Positions 49,374 to 59,048 of a stretch of DNA of 64,000 nucleotides are shown here, piece after piece. A program made the translations under genes and the position numbers. This DNA comes from Armatimonadota bacterium. Its GTDB lineage: Bacteria > Armatimonadota > HRBIN16. The notes beneath the pieces are model-generated. The model saw only the letters and a program-made list of their open reading frames with translations, searched no databases and was not told the origin of the DNA. Every line of letters starts with the position of its first letter. Position 1 is the stretch's first letter. The stretch covers positions 4,832,001-4,896,000 of the forward strand of contig OY781964.1 in the NCBI GenBank assembly GCA_963677485.1, in the 5' to 3' direction.

Positions 49374-50576
49374 ATGCACTCTCGTAGAATAAATGGGACT
49401 CTCGCATTGCTATTCTTGGTTCAAGGAACCTTGTCGGCGGCCGATTGGCCTCAGTTTAGAGGGCCAAATGCAGACGGGATTTCTGTCGAAAAAGGCATCA
49501 ACAAAACATGGAACCAAAAACCGCCGGTGCAGTTATGGAAGACGGCTATGAGCGATGAAGGGTTTGCGGGCGTATCGGTTGTTAAAGGCGTCGCATATGT
49601 CATCGACCACGCACCTGGGCAGGATGTGGTAAGGGCAATCAATGTGACGACGGGCAAGGATGTCTGGTCCTACCCATATGCCGATACTCAAAAATCCAAC
49701 TTCGGGTATTCCAGAGCCACACCCACCGTCAACGCAAACCGTGTGTATGTACTGGGACGAATGGGCCTGCTGACATGTCTGGACATCAAAAACGGCAAGC
49801 CAATTTGGTCACGCAATATCATGACAGATTTCAACGGCAAGAAGCCAAACTGGAACTATGCCATGTCACCCGTGGTTGATGGGAATAAACTGATCGTTCT
49901 TCCTGGTGGACCAGGTTCTCTCGTGGCAGCACTAGACAAAACAACAGGTAAGACCATATGGCAAGGTGGCGGCACACGTGAGCCAGGTTATGCCACGCCC
50001 ATCATAGCGACCTTCAACGGTAAAAAGCAGTATTTAGTGTTCGCAGCTACTGAGATTGTCGGGGTTGATGCCAGCAATGGTGCAGAGCTATGGGCTCTCC
50101 CATGGGGAAAGCCTTCCGCACACATCCCTGACTTTGTGTTGATCGGTAACTCCTTCTATGTAACCAACAGCTATGGCGAAGGCTGCGCATTGGTAGATGT
50201 CACCGCATCTGGTGCTAAATATCGATGGACAAACAAAGAGATGCAATCGCATATGGCGACACCCATTCTTGTGGGCGGCCTACTGTATGGCACCACCGAT
50301 CCAGGTGACCTGATCTGCATTGACCCGCAGACCGGTGTCACAAAGTGGCGACAAAACGGCTTCGAAAAAGGGCCGCAGATGATGGTGGACGGCGTGCTGC
50401 TGGTATTCAACGGCCACAATGGTGACCTGGTGATGGTCGATCCCAAACCCGATGCCTACCACGAACTCGGTCGGTTCAAGCCACTCGGCGGGCAAAGCTG
50501 GACAATGCCAGTTGTGTCTGACGGTAAGCTGTTTGTACGAAACACCACCGCTCTGGCGTGTTTTAAGCTGAAGTAG
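49374..50576 (+). CDS. Secreted PQQ-binding-like (BamB-like) beta-propeller protein
   Basis: Signal peptide; ADWPQFRGP; repeated TGKxxW blades; GGAGG RBS. Confidence 0.85.
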   Translation: MHSRRINGTLALLFLVQGTLSAADWPQFRGPNADGISVEKGINKTWNQKPPVQLWKTAMSDEGFAGVSVVKGVAYVIDHAPGQDVVRAINVTTGKDVWSYPYADTQKSNFGYSRATPTVNANRVYVLGRMGLLTCLDIKNGKPIWSRNIMTDFNGKKPNWNYAMSPVVDGNKLIVLPGGPGSLVAALDKTTGKTIWQGGGTREPGYATPIIATFNGKKQYLVFAATEIVGVDASNGAELWALPWGKPSAHIPDFVLIGNSFYVTNSYGEGCALVDVTASGAKYRWTNKEMQSHMATPILVGGLLYGTTDPGDLICIDPQTGVTKWRQNGFEKGPQMMVDGVLLVFNGHNGDLVMVDPKPDAYHELGRFKPLGGQSWTMPVVSDGKLFVRNTTALACFKLK

Positions 50577-50594
50577 TTCGACTTAAGCTACAGT

Positions 50595-50628
50595 CTGCCC
50601 TGATCGTCTGTTCATGAGATCAGGGCAG
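50595..50628 (+). terminator. Intergenic stem-loop between the tandem propeller genes
   Basis: 11-bp inverted repeat ctgccctgatc/gatcagggcag. Confidence 0.5.
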
Positions 50629-50659
50629 TGTGATTCTATTTCGAAAGGTGGATTAGCCA

Positions 50660-51862
50660 ATGCGTCTTATCAAATGGTTCGCGCTGATTCTGGCGATACT
50701 CATGCCTGTTGTCGTGCACGCGTCAGATTGGCCCCAGTTCCTTGGCCCTACCGGTAACAGCATATCAACAGAGAAAATCGCCAATAGGAACTGGAATAGA
50801 ACTCCACCTAAGAAGCTCTGGAGTGCAGCCATGAGCGATGATGGTTATGCAGGACCATCTGTGGTTGCAGGAAAAGTGTATATCGTCGACCATATCGGAT
50901 CGGACAATGTGGTACGGGCCATTAACCTTAAAACAGGCAAAGATGACTGGACATATCGATTCCCAGATGCCGAGAAAGCGAACTACGGCTACGTTCGAGC
51001 CACTCCGATAGTCAACACAAGGCGAGTCTACATTCTTGGCCGGTTTGGTGAGATCATCTGTTTGAATTCCGCCAATGGTAAGAAGATATGGGCACGCAAC
51101 TACGCTTCAGAATTCAAAGGTAAGAAACCCACATGGAACTACTCAATGTCGCCTCTCATCGATGGTAACAAAGTGATTCTGTGTGCTGGCGGCGACAACG
51201 CAGCTATGGTCGCACTTGACAAGATGACCGGCAAGGCAATATGGCAAGGTGGAGGCAGTGATCAGGCCAGTTACGCCACCCCTACCGCCGCAGTCATTGG
51301 GGGCGTCCGTCAATATGTCGTGTTCACTGCAGTGAGCATCATCGGAGTAGACGCCGCGAAAGGCAACCTGCTTTGGCGTGTTCCTTGGAAAACCAGTTAC
51401 GACATCAATGGCGCTGCCGCTCAGATAACGGGAAACCGCGTATTTCTCACGAGCGGGTACAACCATGGTAGTATCCTACTGGAAATCAACGGACACACCG
51501 CGAGAACCGTCTGGGAATCCAAAGACATGCAATCGCGGTTCAACTCACCAGTGTTGTTAAGTGGCCACGCTTACGGCATTGGCGAGCCCGGAGAGCTTTC
51601 CTGCATCAACCTTCAGACGGGTAAAGCGACATGGAAACGTGCTGGATTCGAATTCGGAGGGCTGATCGCAGTCGATGGTTTAATACTGGCCATGAACGGC
51701 GGAAGCGGTGAGCTGGTCATGGTGAAGGCATCACCAAACAGCTACCAGGAGCTCGGTAAGTTCACTCCTCTGGGCGGTCAGAGCTGGACGGCTCCGATAC
51801 TGACGAACGACAACCTCATCGTTCGGAACAAAACCACTCTGGCCTGCTTCTCACTGAAGTAG
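50660..51862 (+). CDS. Secreted PQQ-binding-like beta-propeller protein, tandem paralog of the preceding gene
   Basis: SDWPQFLGP; shares AMSDxG, FxGKKPxWNYxMSP and PLGGQSWT with 49374-50576. Confidence 0.85.
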   Translation: MRLIKWFALILAILMPVVVHASDWPQFLGPTGNSISTEKIANRNWNRTPPKKLWSAAMSDDGYAGPSVVAGKVYIVDHIGSDNVVRAINLKTGKDDWTYRFPDAEKANYGYVRATPIVNTRRVYILGRFGEIICLNSANGKKIWARNYASEFKGKKPTWNYSMSPLIDGNKVILCAGGDNAAMVALDKMTGKAIWQGGGSDQASYATPTAAVIGGVRQYVVFTAVSIIGVDAAKGNLLWRVPWKTSYDINGAAAQITGNRVFLTSGYNHGSILLEINGHTARTVWESKDMQSRFNSPVLLSGHAYGIGEPGELSCINLQTGKATWKRAGFEFGGLIAVDGLILAMNGGSGELVMVKASPNSYQELGKFTPLGGQSWTAPILTNDNLIVRNKTTLACFSLK

Positions 51863-53131
51863 CTCTGAGTAGGCTTGAATAGTCTCTGCCGCCATTTTGG
51901 CGGCAGAGAAGTGTTCCCTGATCCCGGCTGCGCCTGAACTACCCATGGCATCGGCACGCTCGGGATTTTCAATAAGCTGGCCGATCGCCGACGCCAGTGA
52001 ACTTACGTCGCCCTGATGATACATCACTCCGCCACCTGTCAGGCCCAACATCTCCGGGAATATCCCCGATTGGGGCACCACTACGGGCACACCCATAGAT
52101 ATAGCCTCCATCACGGCCATTCCGCGTGACTCTGATATTCGGGTGGGCACCGCAAACAGGCTGCACCCTTTGAGAAATTCCAATTTACCGGAAAGACTCA
52201 CCTCACCCAAATGCTGAAATCTTGACGACAAACCCTCTAAGGCCAAACGGCTGGTTAACGCCTTATAGAATTGATGGTCAAGAACCTTGCCTGCCACCCG
52301 CAAGGTGACATCACGGTGTTGTTCTTTCGCGAGCTTTATGAAAGCCTCAGCAAGGATATCCAGACCCTTTGCTCGGTTGATCACAGACAGATAACCGACC
52401 ACTACAGGGTTCTTCGGCCTTTCGATCGTGTTGCGATACGTGCTGGTGTTGATACCCGCATGTATCACCTTGATTTTGCTCCGGTCCACATTCAAGAACT
52501 CACTCATGCTGACGGCATAGTCTCCACCTGGGGCAATGAACAGGTCGATCGATTTCGCATTGGCTTGCATCAGCTCCCTGGCCTTCGACCGATATGGTTC
52601 GGGCATCATGTTCACAAACCCGTCTTCGCCCTGCAATGTGCAGACCACCGGCACCCCAAGCTGCTGTTTAATCTGCACGGCGATGCCTGACAGCATCGAG
52701 TTCGTGATGTTCACCACACCATGCTCTGGGTTCTGCTTCAAGTGATCGATCAACCTCGACAGCTCTTTCCTCTGCTGCCCGTTCTGACCCTCCAGCACAG
52801 ATAAGGTCATTGGTCCCAAATCCTCAGGGCGTGTCTTGATGGAGAATCTGGACGCCCACTTCAGCAGCCGCCGGTTGTCAAACAGACGGTCGAAAGCTCG
52901 CGGGGTGTTCCGAAAGATCGGGGAAAGCTGTTGAAGGAAGACATTGATTCCGCCGTAATAGATAGGAGCGGTGCCCAGCACTGATTCTTCATCGGAATGG
53001 AAAGGGGTGTAGAGCGTGGTCACGCTGACATCGTGCCCAAGTGAGGTCAGCTCGTGGATGAGCGCGACATCACGCGCGCATGCTCCACAATACATATCCC
53101 CTGCCCCCGCCACGATGTATGTGATGCGCAT
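51851..53131 (-). CDS. Glycosyltransferase family 4 (GT-B) with an N-terminal CxxC
   Basis: MYCGACARD, AKGLDIL, ESRGMAVMEA and GVPVV motifs. Confidence 0.88.
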   Translation of the reverse strand: MRITYIVAGAGDMYCGACARDVALIHELTSLGHDVSVTTLYTPFHSDEESVLGTAPIYYGGINVFLQQLSPIFRNTPRAFDRLFDNRRLLKWASRFSIKTRPEDLGPMTLSVLEGQNGQQRKELSRLIDHLKQNPEHGVVNITNSMLSGIAVQIKQQLGVPVVCTLQGEDGFVNMMPEPYRSKARELMQANAKSIDLFIAPGGDYAVSMSEFLNVDRSKIKVIHAGINTSTYRNTIERPKNPVVVGYLSVINRAKGLDILAEAFIKLAKEQHRDVTLRVAGKVLDHQFYKALTSRLALEGLSSRFQHLGEVSLSGKLEFLKGCSLFAVPTRISESRGMAVMEAISMGVPVVVPQSGIFPEMLGLTGGGVMYHQGDVSSLASAIGQLIENPERADAMGSSGAAGIREHFSAAKMAAETIQAYSELLQ

Positions 53132-53153
53132 GGGTCACCTCGTCATGGTTAGA

Positions 53154-54080
53154 CTAGAATTCCGCAGACAGAGCATGCAGCCGCAAGAGTGAGAGCGACC
53201 CCAGACCGTAATAAGTGTACTCGATGTCGGCTTCGCCATCGCTAGCTGAAGCTCGGAATCCGCCATCCGATGTCAGCAGGCTGCTGATGAAGCGGGCTGT
53301 CTGCGGCAGGTCAAGACGCTCAAGGTCATCCAGACCAGACAAGCAGACCATGCCAGTAAATGTTGACAGTAGATCCGCTTCGTCGATCAAGGGTATAGCC
53401 CGCAACCCTCCGCCTGGTGACTGCATGTTGGCCAGAAATGCGGCGGTCTGTGCAGATTCATCTGCATTGATTGCCCCTAGCAGTGTCAGACAAGCGACAG
53501 CAGCAGCCGTGGCATTTGTCTGACTACATGGCTCACCAGCCGTCTCACAATAACCGCCATCAGACCGTCTGAGCCCATTGAGAGCCCGTATGATGCCGTC
53601 TTTATCGGGTATATCGACATCAAGTATTTCATAACACAGCATAGCGAGAAATGTGTGATAGGCACTGACAACCGTGTCATTCGGCCGGGAGTACCCACCC
53701 CCTGGGAGATGCTGTCCACTTAACACAAGCATGATCTGGTCCAGGTTCAGAGTATATTTCGCTTCATCGGATCCCATCATACGCCAAATATTCAGCACAC
53801 TGAAACACTCAAGGACATCGTTTGGCTGATGGTGCCCAGCGGCAACGAACGGCATGGCCTTAGTTGGTGGAACAGGGTGGTTGTGAACAAGGCGAAGTGT
53901 TCGTAACCCAAAGTCGGTGTAATAGAGGTCGGACCTTCCCTGTCGGCCACAGAACCCGCCATCTGGTGATTGACAAACAGAAACATACTGTGTGATGTGG
54001 TTTCTGAGGGCTTGGCCCAACGATCTGGCACCCGTTTTGAGGGCTCCATCCAGGGCGGCGAGGAACCCTATTGGCATCAC
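53154..54080 (-). CDS. Prenyltransferase/squalene-oxidase-repeat protein (protein-geranylgeranyltransferase beta-like single barrel)
   Basis: QSPDGGF, SDLYYT, RRSDGGY, QSPGGG, ADLLSTF, DGGF and ADIEYTYYGL motifs. Confidence 0.8.
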   Translation of the reverse strand: MMPIGFLAALDGALKTGARSLGQALRNHITQYVSVCQSPDGGFCGRQGRSDLYYTDFGLRTLRLVHNHPVPPTKAMPFVAAGHHQPNDVLECFSVLNIWRMMGSDEAKYTLNLDQIMLVLSGQHLPGGGYSRPNDTVVSAYHTFLAMLCYEILDVDIPDKDGIIRALNGLRRSDGGYCETAGEPCSQTNATAAAVACLTLLGAINADESAQTAAFLANMQSPGGGLRAIPLIDEADLLSTFTGMVCLSGLDDLERLDLPQTARFISSLLTSDGGFRASASDGEADIEYTYYGLGSLSLLRLHALSAEF

Positions 54081-55786
54081 GAAATACGGCCTGGTAATAC
54101 CAGGCTGATAATAAACCGCATGAGTTCCTGCATCGGTAACGGATCAAAACTGGAAACCAGCTCTTCAGCTTTCGATCGCAGTTTTTGCACCAACCGTTGG
54201 GTTTTATCAAAGACCCCCAGCTCGGTGTAGAGGTTTCGAAGCCGCTCCACCTCCGCAACAGAATCGGAGGCCGCTTCCAGCAGATGCCTCTCCGATTCGG
54301 AACACGCTTGCAGGGCAAAGGCATGCAAGATCGTTGGCCTTTGAGCCAGCACATCTCCGCCTGCCAGCTTACGGTTGGCATTGTCCAGCTGCCAGTCTTC
54401 CAGGTCATTGAGCGCTTGATACCCCTCACCGAGGTAGGTGCAAAACAGCCGGAGCTTCTGATGGTCGATCTCAACCTTTGCGGCACGTAAACCGGCGTAT
54501 AGTGCTACCTCGAGCGCAGGGGCCGTCTTCAGCGAATAGATCGATAGCACATCCATCGGGCTTAGTATCTGCCCGCTCCGGCCTTTCCACATGAGCTCCG
54601 CACCCTGTCCACGGCACAAATCCAAATGGGCGCTGGAAAGACAGCGCAGGATGTCCGCCGTGCACTCTGCACCAAGAGCCGATGCCTCACCAGCCACCAG
54701 GTTGTAACCTAGACCGACCAGGTAGTCACCCACATTGATAGCCGGTGCCACGCCATGCTTTCGATGGATGGTCATCTGACCGTAGCGATAGATGTCATTG
54801 TCCTCGATGTCATCATGCACAAGTGAGGCCTTATGCATCGCCTCGATAGCCATCGCGAGCCGTCGGATTGACATGGGTATGAGCGTGTAGGGATCAATAT
54901 CTGCTTCCAGAGCGTGGCTCCCATGGATGGCGACCGCATACGAAGCCACCGTCAAAAACGGCCTCAGCCGTTTACCACCATGAGTGAACCAGTCCAGTGC
55001 GATCTTCTCGGTCGCATCACGAGGTTCTATTTCTGATCCATCGGGCAAGAACTGTGCAATACTAGACGGCAGCGCTTCTCTTAACCCCGCCATATCAAAA
55101 ATACCCATCGTCTCACGCAACAAATGCACATAGGTGCGCGGAGGCGACACCGTTTGCTTGGATGACATGCGGAGTATCGAGCGCAACTCGCCTAGTTCGG
55201 TGGTCGTGTTGACGCATCCATCTTGCAGCAGCGGGACGGCCATGTAGGGGATACCAATATCGGATATTCGTGAATACGACTTCTCCAGCGAATCCAGGCA
55301 GGCCACTCCAAGCAAGGCATCCGTGCCACCCTCGAGAACCTTCATGATGACCGCCGTGGTGCCCTCTGAGATGATGACCTCATAACCGAGCCGTTCGGCT
55401 TCTGACTTCAATCCGCCGATATCACACGCATCGCATTGCCTGCACATCAGATTGGAGGCGTCGAGTTCGGCCGTGCATTCCGCATGGTTGCTCATGCAGT
55501 GTGGCAGCAGCAGCAACCTGCGGTGGAATGGCACCGTCTCGAAATACCTGCGCCAATATATGTTGCTTATGGCCACCATCGTATATCCCAGGTAGACTTC
55601 AGACAGCGAAAGCTTTTTTAACAATGATGCAGCCATTGATTTTAGCTCTTCTTGAGACGGGTAACGATCAGTCACGAACTCCGCGGCCTGATCCTCAGCT
55701 AAGCTGCGAATCGAAGCCCTGACCGATTTATCCTGGGGTACCTGTTTGATATCACTGGTTAGGTGTTCACGCGCTGCTGACATCAT
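54077..55786 (-). CDS. DUF116-domain / trans-polyprenyl diphosphate synthase fusion
   Basis: RRLLLLPHC..C..C.QC..C, GVAC and PLLQDGCVNT (DUF116); GGKRLRP, HKASLVHDDIED, GQG, LKTAP and YQALNDLED (synthase). Confidence 0.85.
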   Translation of the reverse strand: MMSAAREHLTSDIKQVPQDKSVRASIRSLAEDQAAEFVTDRYPSQEELKSMAASLLKKLSLSEVYLGYTMVAISNIYWRRYFETVPFHRRLLLLPHCMSNHAECTAELDASNLMCRQCDACDIGGLKSEAERLGYEVIISEGTTAVIMKVLEGGTDALLGVACLDSLEKSYSRISDIGIPYMAVPLLQDGCVNTTTELGELRSILRMSSKQTVSPPRTYVHLLRETMGIFDMAGLREALPSSIAQFLPDGSEIEPRDATEKIALDWFTHGGKRLRPFLTVASYAVAIHGSHALEADIDPYTLIPMSIRRLAMAIEAMHKASLVHDDIEDNDIYRYGQMTIHRKHGVAPAINVGDYLVGLGYNLVAGEASALGAECTADILRCLSSAHLDLCRGQGAELMWKGRSGQILSPMDVLSIYSLKTAPALEVALYAGLRAAKVEIDHQKLRLFCTYLGEGYQALNDLEDWQLDNANRKLAGGDVLAQRPTILHAFALQACSESERHLLEAASDSVAEVERLRNLYTELGVFDKTQRLVQKLRSKAEELVSSFDPLPMQELMRFIISLVLPGRIS

Positions 55787-57536
55787 CACCAATCCTGCTA
55801 ATGGGGTTCTGGAGAGCACTAAGCGAGCCTAACGCTTCTACCGTCCAGATGACCGGATACAGACGTTCAGAATACCAGAGACTGGAAAAATACAACCCGA
55901 TAGGCGAAGCTTCGGTCCAACTGCCATCTTCAACCCGTGTGATCAGATGTTCGCCGCCAGATTTGATGACCTCACTCACACCGGGCCGTGAGGAAAACTG
56001 GCATAAAGCTGATAGCACAGTCGCCGTCTCCTCGACAGAAGAGCGTATGCCGGGAGCCCCACCCCATCCACCGTCAGAATTTTGGGCAGCCACCAAGTAT
56101 TTTACACCTTTACCCGACTCCATATGACTGGTATGCGACCCCGCATAGGCTAGAAGCGTCCTGGCGGTGCCATATACGGGGTTGTGACCGGTTTCAGTAG
56201 CTTGGTTACCAAACCACAATGGGATCCAGGAACCATCCTCGTTCTGCGTCCGATGCAGATACGCATATCCATTTGCAATGGCCGCCTTCAATGGCTGATC
56301 TGTTGAATGCTGCCCAAAAGCGTGAAGCGCACGCAGCGTATGTGATGTGATATCAGGCGAGCTCTTGTCGAATGGCAACTGCCCCCAGCCCCGACAGAAA
56401 GCCGGCCAGCCGCCGTCTGAGTTCTGCAGGCCGCGCAGCCAGCTCACTCCCTTGGCAGCCGCATCAGATTGGTTCAGCCCCAATAGGGCCAAAACCGCGC
56501 CTGATGTATCATCGGCATCAGGCACACCACCCGGATGATGCGTCCAAGGAAATCCCCCAGGACTTGCACCGGTGAAGGGGTGCTTTGCCTGTTGTTGCTG
56601 GTGGCCTATCCATTGGGCTGTATGCGAGACATCAAGCCGGCTCAAACTCTCCGCCCGGTCAAGAGCAGCCACAGCGCCTGTGGTCAGCCACACCGATAGG
56701 TCGGTATCGATCGGCCAACTGCCATCATCGCGTTGGGATGCACTGATGAACTCCAGGCATTTACTCACCGCGGGGTGCCGGGCACCACGAACTGAACCCA
56801 AACTCATCGCCACGAAGCCTGTCAACGGTGTCGCCTCTAGAAATCCGCCGTTCACGGGCTGGATTTTCGCTAGTATAGCTAGAGCGGCGGGCATCACCGC
56901 CTGACGGATATATCTGCTCATCGCCGACTTTGGTGGGTTTCGGTGAAACAAAGTGATACCGATGGCTATCAAGGCAGGTAAAGCGTAACTGACCACATGA
57001 AGCCGTAGAAATCGAAATAGGCTCTGAGGGAACACCGCCAACTCAAACGGCAGCGAAGGCACACTGCTCCATGGCACCATTCCCGCCAACGCGCAGTTCA
57101 TCAAGATTGGCACCGCAAAAGTGCGGTCCTCACCGTAGATATTTGTGACGGCTTTCACAATTTCATCCGGTGTGGACCCCGCGTGTGCTTCGATGTAGGT
57201 GTTCGCATTCGCAGATGCAGCAAGATGGTCTTGTTTGGATAGTTTGAGTGCGGCGATGACCAGCAATGTGGTCGAAAGATTGCTGGGGCTGGTTGAGGTG
57301 TCACCCCAGCCGCCATCGGAGTTTTGGGTCTGAGCGAGCCACTCCACACCCGTAGCTATACGGTTCGCGTGGGCTTCTAGCTCAGATACCGCCATCGCAC
57401 TGACCGCAATGGCCGTGGAGAGTGCCGAGGAGGAGAGCTCACCCTTCCAGTAGCCTTCAGGCTGCATCTCGTTTAGAAGATACTCTACGGCCTGGTGTGT
57501 GGCTTGGGCCAGCCTCTCGTGATTGATATCGCTCAA
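55767..57536 (-). CDS. Squalene-hopene-cyclase-like class II terpene cyclase
   Basis: GYWKGELSSSALST; QW repeats QNSDGGW, QRDDGSW, QNEDGSW; catalytic PDADDT (DxDD); probable TTG start overlapping the radical SAM stop. Confidence 0.85.
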   Translation of the reverse strand: MSDINHERLAQATHQAVEYLLNEMQPEGYWKGELSSSALSTAIAVSAMAVSELEAHANRIATGVEWLAQTQNSDGGWGDTSTSPSNLSTTLLVIAALKLSKQDHLAASANANTYIEAHAGSTPDEIVKAVTNIYGEDRTFAVPILMNCALAGMVPWSSVPSLPFELAVFPQSLFRFLRLHVVSYALPALIAIGITLFHRNPPKSAMSRYIRQAVMPAALAILAKIQPVNGGFLEATPLTGFVAMSLGSVRGARHPAVSKCLEFISASQRDDGSWPIDTDLSVWLTTGAVAALDRAESLSRLDVSHTAQWIGHQQQQAKHPFTGASPGGFPWTHHPGGVPDADDTSGAVLALLGLNQSDAAAKGVSWLRGLQNSDGGWPAFCRGWGQLPFDKSSPDITSHTLRALHAFGQHSTDQPLKAAIANGYAYLHRTQNEDGSWIPLWFGNQATETGHNPVYGTARTLLAYAGSHTSHMESGKGVKYLVAAQNSDGGWGGAPGIRSSVEETATVLSALCQFSSRPGVSEVIKSGGEHLITRVEDGSWTEASPIGLYFSSLWYSERLYPVIWTVEALGSLSALQNPISRIGDDVSSA

Positions 57537-59044
57537 CTTTTGGCCCGAAACCCATGCAGTGCGAAAAGTGTATTCCACTGCAGAACCTGTCCGCGGCCGA
57601 GAACCTGCAGCAGAGCTCTACGTCCTGCAGGAACACCCGCCGCCTTCTGGTTATCCCAATACATTTTGGGTATCCACCGGAAGTTCAGCTTGTAGGATTC
57701 TTTGACCAGTTGCCAGTGCAGCCGGCTCATATCCTTCACCTTTAAGCCATTGGTGCCGTCAATGGGAGCATACAGCACAGGGAACACAGTGATGCGCAGA
57801 TTCGACATGGATTGGACCCAATCTACAGTCTTCTGAACGTCCTTTGGGCTCTCCCCAGGCAGGCCCACCACAAGGCTGACCATCGGCATAAATCCGGCTT
57901 TGCACAGTCTGCGGAGCTGCTCTGCGGCGAACTCGCCCCAGTGTTCTGCCGGAGCACGCCCCATTTTCACAGAACCGCCATTCGCCTTGAGCAACTCGCC
58001 AGAGATCGTCTCAACCCCGACGTTCACCCAAGGATACTCACAGCCTGTGTCACCGACCAGCAGACCATGTATGGTGCTCAACTGTTCATCCGAAAACTGC
58101 GAGATGCTCAACACATTGGCATGATCGGTCTGTATCAGCCGCAGCCCTTCGATCTGCCGCAGTTTCTTCAGAAGAGAGATCACCGCGTCAGGGTTGGCCG
58201 TGGTGCCGGTGGATCCATACCGGAAAAAGTCCTCGCTGAGGATCGCGATGCTGCTCATGCCCGCTTTGATGTTGGTGAGCACATCCGCCACTACGGTGGC
58301 TTCGGGCAGATGGATCATCGGTACACGGGCGATCGTGCAAAACGCGCACCCCAATCCACAGCCACGGCTGATCTCCACCACGCCCATGGAACTCGCGCCG
58401 CGTATGCATGGAACCGCGTCCGCGGACACAGGTTCTCCAGATAGACTGGGGGCCGTCTCGCCACCATCGATGATGCGGTGGAACAGCTCCGCCACGTTGC
58501 CCTCTGCGTAACCGCTAATGACATGATCAATCCCCAGCTTCTGCATCTGGCGTGGATCAGCTGCTATTTGCCAAGCCCCTGGTCCGCCCATCACGAGCTT
58601 CGCTTTGGACTGGGATATCTTTAGAGTCTCTTTCACTCTGTTCATGAGGCGTTCGAACATCACCAGTGGGAATATCTGTCCACCTGCGATTTCTGTCATG
58701 GTGGAGCTGTTCATACCGTGTCCAGCCGGCTCACCAGAGCTCACCGCGATAATCGCAGTGTCGGCGCCTACGGCCTGATGCAGGTTGCGCTCATCGACGA
58801 CGATCACCTCATCGGAAGTAAACCCGCCTGCGAGCAATGCCGCCTCGATGCGGCGAAGTCCTAAGGGAGCTGTCAAGGCTCGGATGTCAGTACCCCGGTT
58901 CCAGGGCATCAGCAGGTCCGAGGTCACCCACGGCGGGATACTGGATGTCTGGCTGGCCGCCAGCATTCCATCAAACAACAGTTTATAGTTGGCCATCAGC
59001 GTACGATCGGCCGTGAGCACCACTTTGTAGCCTGTTTGTATCAC
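57533..59044 (-). CDS. B12-binding-type radical SAM protein resembling the archaeal GrsA/GrsB family
   Basis: VVLTADRTLM, APLGLRRIEAAL, GGPGAWQ, VEISRGCGLGCAFC (CxxxCxxC), GVETIS and VGLPGE motifs; GTG at 59044. Confidence 0.85.
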   Translation of the reverse strand: MIQTGYKVVLTADRTLMANYKLLFDGMLAASQTSSIPPWVTSDLLMPWNRGTDIRALTAPLGLRRIEAALLAGGFTSDEVIVVDERNLHQAVGADTAIIAVSSGEPAGHGMNSSTMTEIAGGQIFPLVMFERLMNRVKETLKISQSKAKLVMGGPGAWQIAADPRQMQKLGIDHVISGYAEGNVAELFHRIIDGGETAPSLSGEPVSADAVPCIRGASSMGVVEISRGCGLGCAFCTIARVPMIHLPEATVVADVLTNIKAGMSSIAILSEDFFRYGSTGTTANPDAVISLLKKLRQIEGLRLIQTDHANVLSISQFSDEQLSTIHGLLVGDTGCEYPWVNVGVETISGELLKANGGSVKMGRAPAEHWGEFAAEQLRRLCKAGFMPMVSLVVGLPGESPKDVQKTVDWVQSMSNLRITVFPVLYAPIDGTNGLKVKDMSRLHWQLVKESYKLNFRWIPKMYWDNQKAAGVPAGRRALLQVLGRGQVLQWNTLFALHGFRAKS

Positions 59045-59048
59045 TAAT

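Noticed and set aside
55767-57536. Standard hopanoid (hpn) cluster
   Set aside because: There are no hpnCDE, hpnG or hpnH neighbours, and the gene context differs from known hpn loci.
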